A DNA stretch of 64,000 bases from Marsupella aquatica (lineage: Eukaryota; Plantae; Marchantiophyta), in NCBI GenBank assembly GCA_973895155.1, contig OZ316898.1, positions 498,751-562,750 on the forward strand. The letters are read 5' to 3'. Below, piece after piece: positions 52,601-64,000 of the stretch. The notes below the pieces were generated by a model that had not been told where the DNA came from, did not search any database, and was given only the letters and a program-made list of their open reading frames with translations. Numbering within the stretch: the stretch's first letter is position 1; every line of letters starts with the position of its first letter. The translations under genes were made by a program, and so were the position numbers.

Positions 52601-52894
52601 GGTTTTGGTCGTCAGAGCCATCACTTCATCTTCTCTAGACGAAAGGATATCGACTATCTGCTGGTGGACATGTCGGTTAATTCCGACCTTCATGATCTCC
52701 TCCATACGTGGATCATTGTCACTAGCTCCAATCGAATGCGCAAGGTGAAAGCGGGAGTTGAAAAAGGAGCTATAGTATATCGTGAGCAAAGACAACATCA
52801 ACGCGGTTGCACATACTGTCACAAACACGCGCCTTCTTTGCACGGCATCTCCGTTCCTGGAACCCCGCCTCATTGTGGATGCTTTGCCTTGCAT
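49616..52894 (-). CDS. PMT: Putative SAM-dependent pectin methyltransferase, PMT/DUF248 (Methyltransf_29) family (7 exons, ~685 aa)
   Basis: Exons 52894-52448, 52174-52010, 51810-51628, 51446-50852, 50611-50511, 50365-50139 and 49955-49616 total 2058 nt in frame. N-terminal TM plus acidic stem; motifs ERHCP, FPGGGTHF, DVGCGVASFGA, IMDMNANFGGF, YDRGLIG and FSTYPRTYDLLHA. The start could alternatively be ATG 52873. Confidence 0.94.
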
Positions 52895-54560
52895 CCAGTA
52901 AAAATTGTCAAAACCTCTGGATTTCGGACAACGAAGCTGAACCCTGGGCCTGCTTCACCTCCGGTTGCTTGCTGCGCGTTCTCTGTCGGCCCACCCCAGG
53001 CCTTTAGCTTGAAAAAGTGGATCCTGCCAAACAACAAACGGGGGATGGAAGATTCGCAATTTCATTTTGTAGTCTTACACTTTCGCACTCCATGTTTAGA
53101 ACGTTTCCTCGGAACATTTCCAGCCAGGAAATATGTCGACTGCACCTCTTGCTAGCTGCGCCAAAGCACTCAGCAAGAGGCGATTTGTCGCCTCAGTAGC
53201 GGGGGGTTGTTGAGTCATTAACCTTCGGAGAAACAGCTCCGCTGCCAACGAATCAGAGCAGCTCTCCTTCCTTCTCCCGGCTGTCTTCTCTTCTGTCGAC
53301 CTCAAACGGTGTGTCACTGGATTTCCAACGCCAGCACGAGCCCCCGCCCCTCAAGTTCTTCCCCCGACTGGAAAGACCAGCAGCTCTTCGGTCACTCGTT
53401 GGTTAGTGAAATCAATGGCAAAAAGTACGAATCGGTTCCAACGTCGCGCTAGGAGCTGCAAACCACATTACTGCCTTTCAAATGGTGTGATCAAACGAGA
53501 ATACTCACGAGGAATTCAACGCACAACGCCCAGTGCAAGACGCACGGAGCGATGGTTGCTACACGGCCTAAATTTCACCACACTACATCCAACAGAGAAA
53601 CGAAAAGAAGAAGTGGATATCACACTATACCGTGACCCAAAAGAGGAGCAGCAATCGATCGAGAGGATTTAAACCCTGGCGCGAGAGCAAGCAAGCAAAA
53701 AACACAAACCACCGCCACCGCGTGCGCCGCACCACAAGTGAGGCACATAGCAAGCGAGCGGGGAGGCGCCTTTTTCGGAGATCGCAGTGTTGGAGCGAAT
53801 GTGTACTACCGCGAACCTGCACTCCTGCGCTGCCGGTCCAATATGGAAGGGAACAGGAGGCAAATAACACCAGCGAATTGCTCTGCATCTCAATTTGGAT
53901 CGCTTCGCATTGCGCATATTCTACAGTACGAACAGAGCGGGAGTGGTGAAGAACTACGATCTTCACGGTCTTCCAGAGGATTGTCCGTATTCAAATTTTG
54001 CTGTTGGTATTCTCTGCGCAACAGGGAAAGTTATGCTCTGATGGACCGGACACAAATCATGAAACCCGGTTTGACTCATAAAAGAGTCTCTAGCCTTATT
54101 TATTACTACATTTGTCATAGTAATTAGTTATATATTTTGTCGCTCTTTTTAGTTTACACATTCTAGGGTGGCTTTACAAGAACTTGGGCCAGATGTTCCT
54201 TTTTAGATGTGTGAACTGAAATCCTAACCATATGTGAGAACTGGACACACTTCACTTTACATGAACTTTGGGGCACAAACAAGCAAAACCATTACCCAAC
54301 TAAGTCACCAGTCAGTGGGCGCCTTGAAAGTGGGTTTCAAGGGGTCCCTTTTTTGCTAATGTGTGCATCTTTTGTTGACAAAAATTTAAGTGGGCAAATT
54401 TAGGGTCTAAACAATTGGAGCAAATAGCCTCTTTTTTCAGTGAATTGCTTTATTATTTTCAGACCTGACACTTTTGGCTCAGGCATTTTAAATTTTGTGT
54501 ACATCTGTTGCCCCTCCAGCTTGGGGTGGGTCTCTTCCTATCACAAATTAGAGGTGACTA

Positions 54561-54964
54561 TTGTCTTCCCCCGAACACAATGCCATGGAGGGTATCCGAA
54601 TAGTGGGCCATGGGGCGCTCTATTTGAATAGTGCACCCGGGGCGTTATATTCAAGTTTTGACTATGTGTTTTCATTTTTTGTATTTGTTGGGCGTTGTGT
54701 TTGAAAATGGGCGCTGTGTTCTAAAATTGACATTGTGTTTGAATATTGACATTGACATATGCTTCTTGAATTTTTTACTATTTCTGCTCAATATAGAATA
54801 GTTTTAGGGTCACATCTCGAACACAGTGTCCAACTCAAACACAACGCCCGGGCGCTGTGTTAAAATGATGTTGTGTTTGAAGAAAAAATATTTTTTCTTA
54901 CGGAGACCTAAAACAATCCATTTTCAAACACAACGCCCGGGGGGCTGTGTTCAGGGGAAGACGG
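54561..54964. mobile_element. Tc1/mariner(pogo)-type MITE
   Basis: TA on both flanks. TIRs ttgtcttcccccgaacaca vs ccgtcttcccctgaacaca (16/19). Internal repeated gggcgctgtgtt / aacacaacgccc motifs. Confidence 0.75.
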
Positions 54965-55544
54965 TAGGTGTGGAACAGGTTGGGATGGTAGGATGGCAAG
55001 GGACTCATCCCCAAGGTAGAGAAGCAGTGACAAGATACAGCAATTGAAGTGAGGGGAGTTTTGACCATCTGGTGCTAACCTGAATGAGTTTGTCTAAGCG
55101 ACTGTGGAAGAAATGGCAAAGTACTAATTGAAACTAAAGGACTGATGAATTATGTATCTGGACAAAATGTGGGCAACCTAGTAAATCCCATTATTCTTTA
55201 ATAGAATGTGAGTTGAAAGGGTCCATGGGGAGGGAGGGAGGGCTGGGGTAAGAAAAATCATTAACAAGCTAAATGGGTGTGAAGTTGCACAAATATATTA
55301 TATCAAAGCCTTCTCTGAAAATGTCATGTGTGAGAAATCCTCAAAGCTGTAAAATTAAAATATGTTTTCAAGTTTGCTAGGGTGCAATTGTATTCATAAA
55401 GTCAATGTTCTCGTGAGTGTCATGGCTCGTTTTACTACACATGCACCTCTGTCTCTAACAACTATTGTGTGTAAAGCATATTGTGTCTCTCAATGGACAC
55501 TTAAAAATGATATCCAAGTATAAAATTGGGGTAGAATGGATATC

Positions 55545-55820
55545 CTATTATGCTTCAAATTCATCTAGAAAAACTGAAAAGGAAGCATGGATGGACCATT
55601 AGAACCCAAATGTCACCCCATATTGGTTAGTTGCGGCATGATGATTTAGGAGTTTGGGAGAGAACCCTGCCATTGTTGGTCACCTACTATTGTGCCTCAA
55701 ATTAGTCTAGGAAAACTGAAAAGGAAGCTTGGATGGACCATTGTAACCCAAATGTCACCCCATATTGGTTAGTTACAACATGATGGGCTGGGAGTTTGGG
55801 AGAGAAGCCTGGTATTGTAG
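55545..55820. repeat. Diverged ~142-bp tandem duplication
   Basis: tctag(a/g)aaaactgaaaaggaagc..cccaaatgtcaccccatattggttagtt occurs at 55564 and 55706. Confidence 0.85.
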
Positions 55821-57421
55821 ATTTGTAGGTCACCTGGTAGGTGACTTATGCACCCAAGTTACTCCTCCATGGAGGCAGGGGTGTAGCTTGGAGAATGAGT
55901 ATTGAAGCCTCAATCATCCAAGTTGAGCCATTTTAAGCTACTGCCTAGCTTGAGGACCTATTTAGGGAAAAATAGGTTTCCCAAAAACTTTTCCATGACC
56001 TTCAAAGGTACACTGAAAGGATTTTGTGACACCCTAAAAGATTTGAACTAGAGAAGTGTGTAGAATGTCAGGTAATTGTGGTACTCAGGACATTACGTGA
56101 TTTTGTGACAAAGAGACAAAGAAAGTATCTCAGACATTGTTGTGATCATGGAACAGTTACTTATGCTGATTTGAAAATAAATTGTAGGCAAGGATCATAG
56201 TCCACTCCAGCGTTGTTGCTTAGGATAATGTTCCCATACAATCCATGATACAAGAATGATGAAACTTGGAGGATCACTCATTACAAAGTTGTTCACAAAT
56301 CCAATCCAGTTTACTTGGAGTACTTTTAAAGCAGTACTATTACCTTCCTAATAAGCATTAGAGCATACATAAGGATGGGTCCACAAACTAATTGGCAGTA
56401 AAGTGACATTTGGTAAAGTTTTACCATGTATAGATCCAAAGTCTTGCATGGCAAGTGGGTTGGCTCGACCTGTAGTATATCGACCGGGTTTTGTTCCGGG
56501 TGTGACCACTTTCTTAATCACATTTATGGTTTGTGTTTTTGAATTACATCGATGGTTGGGTGGATGGGTGTGTGTTTGCACAACATAAAACAAAAATAAT
56601 TCTTTGATCTCAAACTGCTCTTTGATCACACGTCCTGGTCTAACAAACCAAGGAGTCCATCCAGGTTGCAAGGTTAAACTTTGAGGTCCTTACAAGCATC
56701 AACCAAAGCTTGAATGGCCGCCACCCTGCCAAACCTCAGATAGACTAGTTGTTACATCCTATTTTTCCTCAATGGAGGTATTTAAACATTGAATCATTAA
56801 TTTATTGAAGCAAGTTTAGCAGAATCACTGAAGTTCCTGCAACAACAATGGGCTGTACACCTGAGTATGGCTCAATCCGATCGTAGCTGATGATATCTAT
56901 TTCTGGATTGTTGCAAGTGTTTCCATTTCCCACAATGTGTAGCACTAGTTCTTTTCCTCCTACAATTTGCATTGTGGCTTGTCAGTTATCTCGTGTTGTC
57001 TCTTGGAGATGCCACAATAGAGTTGGGATTCCCCATATGCTGGTTGTTGTGTCAACGATGGCAATGCCAATAGGTTGGTCCAGGTCTAGGGCAGGATAGG
57101 CATTCCGGTAAGTGCACATCAAAATGTGACAATATATGTTGTACTGTGTCATTTCATACCATGAGAAACCTAATTATTTTTGTTGAAACCACTGAATGTT
57201 ATTTTAAATAGGCATCTGGTTGTCAGTTTTTGATGTGCAATTATTGGGATGTGCAAGCTTGTGCGCAAGCTAGTGGATAGAGATGGATAGATGGTTGTGA
57301 GATGATCTAGTGTAAACAAAGCCCATGGCGTTCTCTATTAAGATATGGGACATCTCCCATCTATTCATAGATATGGTGTGCCTTGGTAGTCCATATCCAC
57401 TTACGAAGGCACCCATATTGT

Positions 57422-57759
57422 TGTTGAGCAAAGATGACATTCACAACGCCAAGCCTCTAACCATCCAATGAACAAGTAATCGGCACAAAGAAATATGTGA
57501 TTCACCTCAGCTGAAGCTACATCCACGGGAACACGCAAGAGCTTTACTGTATTCTAGGCCCATCGTCCATACCAAGTCTCCAGAATACAAGTTTTCAATT
57601 GGCTCTATAACAACGAGTCTGAGTTCTCCTGATCCAAGCAAACACTATTTGGGGATATAGTGTGTAGCACGACTAACCTAGCTAACCAAGTCTACGAGCA
57701 AGATTACGCTAACTATGGTTGCAGTTGTAACTCTAGACCTAAGAGTAAGTGCCTTAGTA
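57422..57759 (-). mobile_element. Degenerate solo LTR of the same family as 41380-41706
   Basis: The reverse complement matches ..gacttggt..gatggg..cagtaaagctct..gaggtgaa..tgctcaaca. TSD is degenerate and the right boundary approximate. Confidence 0.7.
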
Positions 57760-59221
57760 ATAATTCTGGTAGGTGGAGCATTGCGTGTATTTTGAAAATA
57801 AGGCAACTTTCTCACAGTTTGGGTTGGGCGTACATATTGATAATCACACAACTTCTCATCCAACCTTATGAGAGAGATTCAATACAAATGTGTGGATACA
57901 CATAACACCCTGCAATAATTCAAGACCTATAATTGTTATCCTCCCAACATTTTGCTGATCTAGACCCTGCCACACAGAATCATAAATATCATAGAGATAT
58001 TCTTGTAACTATTATATTGTTTTCTTAATATTGATATATATTTCAAATCACTTCGTTGGTCCACATGAACATTGAACTTTATGTATCACTGATGAAAGTG
58101 TGCATAGATGATATCAATGTCTTCATATCCCAATTAAATCTCAACATACACTTGTCACATGACTCTGTGAATATTGCTTCTAACTGTGCTGATTGATGAA
58201 TTTTAGTCACATATCCAGAAATTAAGCATCAAAGTGATAACATATCCATATAAACAGACTGCATATCTTCTCATAATATATCCAAGTGGTACATACCCCA
58301 CAAATTCTATAGATTCTCATATAGCAAGGAATCAACTCGTGATAAACAACATTTTGCACTTTTGTTTTCACATAAGGTTGCTTAGGGAATGTTATCATTG
58401 TGATTAGACATAGACCGACTGAACAAGATTTGTTCAGGCTACAGTGAGCAATTATGGTAATAAGTGGTTGACAATATTAATTCAAGATTGCAATGTCTAT
58501 GTTAAGCCCTGCGATTGGGGCAAAACCAAGTCAACAATACACCTGAATTTGAATCTCACATCTTTGCAGCGATGTCTAGATGACTGCAGGGAGACATGGA
58601 CCAAGGAAAGGCTAGCTGTTGCATCAAAAAATTGCTTTTGTAACATTATAGACAATGGCAGAGCAAGCATGAGTGAGATATTAAGAGTTTATGCATTGAA
58701 AATAGTGGATTTCTGGCACCAGATCCTGATTGTCCATATAGTAAGCATAGGTCACTGAATGGTCCTGGAGTAGACACTTTTGCACGGGCCTCACTATATG
58801 CCCTCGCTGCTCTGTCCGTCAGCTTCTACACATCTCAAGTCACACCTCACTATTCACACTGTGTAGGGTCAGTCTGAGTGTTTCTCCATGCGCTCTGTTG
58901 TTATGTATGGAGATTTGCAATCCCTTAGCGGAGGAGCTGCTGATGGGGGCCCGGATAATGTTTGGCTCAAACTTAGGTTTAGTCAGACCATGGAAGTCTA
59001 TGAACAGCTGAGATGTCCCCGATCACACTGTTGTCTCTTTCTGTGTCTTATTTCTGACGTTCGGGCAGTAGATGGTCTTTGTAGGCTATACATAATGATA
59101 CAAGGACAATTTGCTTTTTACGTTGTAATTTTATTATTGGCTGTAGTCTTGGTTTTGGTGCTCATCATAGAGGAGCAGTGGTTATTGTGAAGCATGACCA
59201 TCCGTTTCTTGTGCGCGTCCT

Positions 59222-59226
<5 letters not shown>

Positions 59227-59276
<50 letters not shown>
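59227..59276. repeat. (AG)25 microsatellite
   Basis: Read directly from the sequence. Confidence 0.97.
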
Positions 59277-59277
<1 letters not shown>

Positions 59278-59368
59278 ATTTTGGGTCTTCTGGTCCCTCG
59301 GGGATTGTAAAAATCTATCCCAGCATTTTGAGAAATGTGGAGGTCTATCTGGGCTTCGATTTCACATA

Positions 59369-61279
59369 TCTACTTCTATAATATGCAACACCACCAAAAT
59401 GTTCTTTGGTCTGCTTACTGAATTAGAGATGGAGTTGGGGATGGAGTCGTTAGATTTTTCTAAAGATTTTGTGTACACTTGAATTGATTGACCATGAGTG
59501 TCAAATGATATACTTCTGTTTATAGCAACAGAGTATATGAGATGATTCTTATGTGAAATCACCTAAAATGTGTCTTTTTATTCTATTAAAGTACACACTT
59601 TGGAGAATCATTTAGGGCATGACAATGTTTTGGATTTTTGCATAGCCTATGATTCGGAGACTTTAGAAGGAAGAAAAATGGGAGTTAAAATCAAAATTAA
59701 CACCGGGTTAAAATGTTCCCCTCCCAATAGCATTGTATGACCACACCTTGACCCCGCAAAGCCCCGAGGGGCCATCACCTCTCTTGCACTTCCTCTTACC
59801 CTCCCACATCCTTGCTCTCCTCAACAACATAGCTTTCACAAGAATAACAACATCATTTTCCAGAATAAAAGAAAAATGCAAAAGTGGAGGCAACTTTTTT
59901 TACATTTTTTGATTCATTTTATTTGTTTTAGCTTTTGTAGAAAAATGGTCCCAAATTTTGTAATTCCATCAAAACCTCCAACATTCATATTAGAACACTT
60001 TATAAGAAATGCTAAGTTAATGAAGGTCATCACAATCAAGCTCCCAACAGTTTTTCTCCACAAGACCAGCCTTGCTTGACATGCCCCATCATCTCTATTA
60101 GTCTTGCTTGTGCTCTAATTCTTTCCCCAGTCGGAAGCCCAGCGCTTTGCCCCCATTTGCCTCCTTTGTCCCCACTTTTGTTCCATCTTTTTTATCATCA
60201 ACAATAAAGATTTCTTGCCCTCCTTGCCCTACTCTTATCCATGTATTCTCACTATATGGGATGTGGTGAGCCATATCCCATATTTTTGTGTTGACTTGAA
60301 TTACAAAATTGCATGTGCTATTTTGAACAAGATTTACACATTGACAAAACTTTTCACCTGAAATGATCAAGAAAGAATTATGGTAGATCCTATATTTTCA
60401 GTTTGATTCACCTAAAAACTCCAGCCTTCAATCAACACTTATTTACATTACCTCAAGGTTTCTATGCAATATTTTGGCATTGGGCTTGGCAACAACATGA
60501 CCGCAATAACTGCAGCACCCTCATGACTGGAATTATTGCATCGTCATAATGACAATATGATTTCAACAACATCTAAGATGTCTAAACAACTTTCTTGCCT
60601 CGCTTGCATTTCTTTGCATTTAGTGGGCTCATGTGCATTTCTTTGCTTTGCCTTTTTCCAACATCTTTGCCTCACTGCAACATCTAAACTTGTCTCAACG
60701 TCTTTGCCTCACCTCAACAATTTTGCCTTGCCTTGACATGGCTGCAACAACTATATGGCCGCAATGACACATAACATGCATCGACATCTACCTTGCAAAG
60801 CCTATATTTTCTTGCTTCACCTCATATCTTTGCCTTGCCTCCATATTTTTTCCGTCTTGACATCTTTTCTTGCCTCAACATCTTTTTTTGCCTCAATATT
60901 TTTGTGCTCATTTGACATCTTTTTTGACTGAACATCTTTTCTCGCCTCAATCAATATCGTTGCCTTCCCTTTACATCTTTTTCTTTCCTTGACATATGTC
61001 TCTCTTCTCAACATCTTTTCCTCACCTCAAAATCCTTTTCTCTTCTCATCATCTTTGTCTCACCTTGACATTTTTTTTTCACATCCTTTTCTTTTTTTGG
61101 CCTCTTTTTCTCACTGGAAATCTATTTCCTTGACATCTTTTTTTCTCCTGTAAAGTTTTTTTTCTATTCAATATCTTTTTTCTCTCATTGACTTTTTTAT
61201 GTCACCTTAAAATTTTTCTCTCCTCTACATTTTTTTCTCACCTCAACATCTTCTATATAACACACGGGCACTAGACTAG
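59369..61279 (+). mobile_element. Probable non-autonomous Helitron
   Basis: 5' end A|TCTACTTCTATAATA and 3' end cacacgggcactagaCTAG|T, i.e. inserted in an AT dinucleotide. Hairpin is degenerate. Internal ~20-bp degenerate repeats (acatctttttctcgcctca) at ~60580-61250. Confidence 0.6.
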
Positions 61280-64000
61280 TATAACAGATTAATGTAAATA
61301 AATTAGACTAAGTCAAGAAAGTACCCTATACACATTTAGTCATAATTATGAGGTTTTTCCCTTGTGTTCCCCTCTACTGGGGCTATGGCCTCTTGGCTTA
61401 TGTGTCCTGTTTTGCACTTTTTGTTCTATGGGTTACTGTTGTCGTCTTTGCTGGTTCGTTGAATCGCACGCCGGTGGGAAACAGAGAGACACCTGCTCAC
61501 ACGCAGCGAACCAAAGAAACATAAATGCGATGCTGTCGTTGGTGCCTGTGGGGGATTGGTCGTTTCGTTCACTTCCCTGTGGCCCCACCCTTATCTGTTG
61601 CTTACGTTGCACTAAATCTTGCTGATATTGCAAAGTTGTAGACTGTAGACTTCCACAGGTGCTACTGTAGACTGCTGATAGTAGAATTTCAGGAAATCTA
61701 CAACAGCACCCGTGGAAACGAATTGATATCGTTCCTTTGGGCCCGACCCTGTTCAGGTCTGTCGGTGTGCGTTTCCCAGTAATTGTCTCCGCCGGTGGGC
61801 TGCTCCACGGGAATGTTATTTATAATAAATAAAGCATCCTTCGAGGAAAAATCAAAGGAAATAATGCTCGGATGGACCACTCACATGAACCTCACATGAA
61901 CCTCTTAGCCCGGATATACCAGTTTGTTGTTGACTAGAGAAGTATACATTTCCTTACAACAATATTTGAGTAAAAACCCTTGCGGTCCATCTGGATTGAT
62001 ATTCATTTTCCAAAATCAATAGTATCATTCTGTTCGTGTTGTTTTTATGACGAACGTGTCATAGCCGAAAGGTCAGGGACAGCCTGGAAGGAAATGTTGC
62101 GACCAATGGACGATACGGACAAAGATGCTAGTGATTTCATGCTTTGCATTGACAGTTTGCATTCCAGGTAAATCGACACAAAGAGATACACTCCTCGGGA
62201 CTCATGGACGACCTGGAAGGGCTGATCATCGGTCGGTGCGGCCAAGTCTGCACATGGATCTTTGAGCGATTGGTGCGCAGTGGATGATTGTGGTAATGCT
62301 GTGGTACCACAGAGGACTTCGTTGCGATGATTTGCAAAGCTTTCTCACCGAATCCGATCTGAAAAGTCGTTTACGATACAGCACATTTCCAGGCGGTTTC
62401 CAGGTCAATCTACACAAAGAAATTGCACGTATAGAGCACAGCTGAGTCGCCTCCCGTGCCTTGACGACGGGTGTGCTGTCTGTAGAGTTGTGGAGAGACA
62501 GTCCTAGCCTGCAGGCCTTTAGACTAAGCACAAGCAATTATCGGGAGCAGTTTCCTTGTAGCTGTTCACAAGTTCAACCTTTCAATTGCCCTGAAAGATC
62601 TTTTTTAATTCCATTCGCAAAGACAGCATAGCATATAAACAGGTGGTCCCAAAGGGTAACACCGGGGGTGGACCGAAGTTGAACCTGTGAATTGATCTGA
62701 AGTGCCGATTGGCCTTGCCGGAAGTAGATTATGGACATCGTCTTTTCTTTTGTCGTTGTTCGGGCAAAAATGAGATTCATTCAAGCTTTATAAAGGTTCC
62801 TGCAGAGCGGTGGCAGGAGCAGATCCGGCGGCGGCTGGTCGGCGAGGGAGCCATTCGAGCACGATATCCCTCGACTGCGTGGAGCGGGAACTGATTGTTG
62901 CTTTGTTTCCCGCCGTTTGGATGGCAAGTGCAACTCGTTGATAGATGGACTGGATTTTACAGTAGTTGGGTCGTGTATTGCCTTCCTCACCACACCTGAA
63001 AGCAATGCAGACCACTCCTCGCGGCCGGAAGCACAATAGCACATGGATGGTAACGAGGACTTGCAGACGTAGGAAAGTGTCGACTCTCGCCGTCCAGCTG
63101 CTATAAGTTTTTAGTTCTGACATCGTTAGCGAGATGTCAAGTCACAGTGGCCTCTGGGGCACAAGGTACACTCCAGTTTTTGAGCTTACTTTTGCTTACA
63201 GACCTTGCAGACCAATTACCAGTCCACATCCGACGAACAGTGTTACTGGCCTCATGAATGCCATTTTTGCCACTGAACGCATCATACTTGAAAGTATAGT
63301 CCAGAGGAACCACAGTAGTTGCGTAATTTCCCTAACCGTGAACTTTTCATTCTTCACATTCATCAAATAACTTGCATGAAGTTGACAACAATGCGGACAT
63401 AGAATTCCTCCACATAGCTCAAAGCATTAAATAACCTGATTTCGATATTAAAGCGCGTATGATCTCACTCCCCTGGCCAACCTTTACCGTAGTTCATTAG
63501 CCGATCTCCTTGTGGACACGACACTTACAGAGCCTTTATCTTTCAAGGGGTCTATGCGAAGCTCTCGGCTGCTCTCAATTTGAGCTATTCCTAGTATTAT
63601 TATGAATCAGCAGAAAACCTGTGAAACTCAAGGCCAATGAATCTACTCATTCGAGTGTCGATGACAACAGCTTCGCGGTGAAGGCAGCAAAATTCGAGTA
63701 ACAGAAGTTCGTCAGATCCCATAACCAGCAAGATCAAATGGGATGCCCACTGTTCTATGTGAAATCAGCACCATCACGAATTGTTGAGGCTTTCGTCTCT
63801 TGTAAACAATGAATACAGAACAGAGATGTTGATGGATAGGTCCTTGGTTTGAACTTCATGTCCAATTCAAGTTCGTTCAATCGCGTCGCGAACAAGATGG
63901 AAATATGTACGTCATATGCGGCCCTGACCAGTCCAGCTTCACCCGTCGTGAGCAATGTGTGAACATAAGACGTCAAGGTTGCCACAAGAATCACTTATTG

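Noticed and set aside
56000-58760. Possible decayed helicase or P-loop gene (LLYGQSGSG..KSTIFNA across a frameshift)
   Set aside because: It needs assumed frameshifts and cannot be supported without an alignment.

Overview
Eukaryotic, intron-rich land-plant genomic DNA. The TE content and gene set suggest a non-seed plant, probably a bryophyte/liverwort (inference only). I could splice four host genes by eye into complete reading frames: PP2A catalytic subunit (+, 799-4248), a cathepsin X/Z-type papain-like protease (+, 26670-30848), a myristoylated calcineurin-B/CHP-like EF-hand protein (-, 33243-35011) and a Golgi PMT/DUF248 methyltransferase (-, 49616-52894). Between them are nested TE islands: CRE-like RLE non-LTR elements, an L1 remnant, small solo LTRs, MITEs and a probable non-autonomous Helitron. 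The standout is a pair of giant, protein-coding LTRs. (1) A Ty3/gypsy element (15621-25653, GAGTG TSD) has a 4014-bp 3' LTR that contains a sense ~883-codon ORF behind a TATA box. (2) A 4635-bp TG..CA solo-LTR-like insertion (36017-40651, 5-bp TSD), with no DNA similarity that I could see, carries a ~1120-codon homologue with the same architecture: N-terminal domain, conserved ~180-aa domain, low-complexity linker, coiled coil. Both sit inside the endonuclease region of CRE-like LINE remnants. All coordinates and alignments were done manually; no database searches were run.
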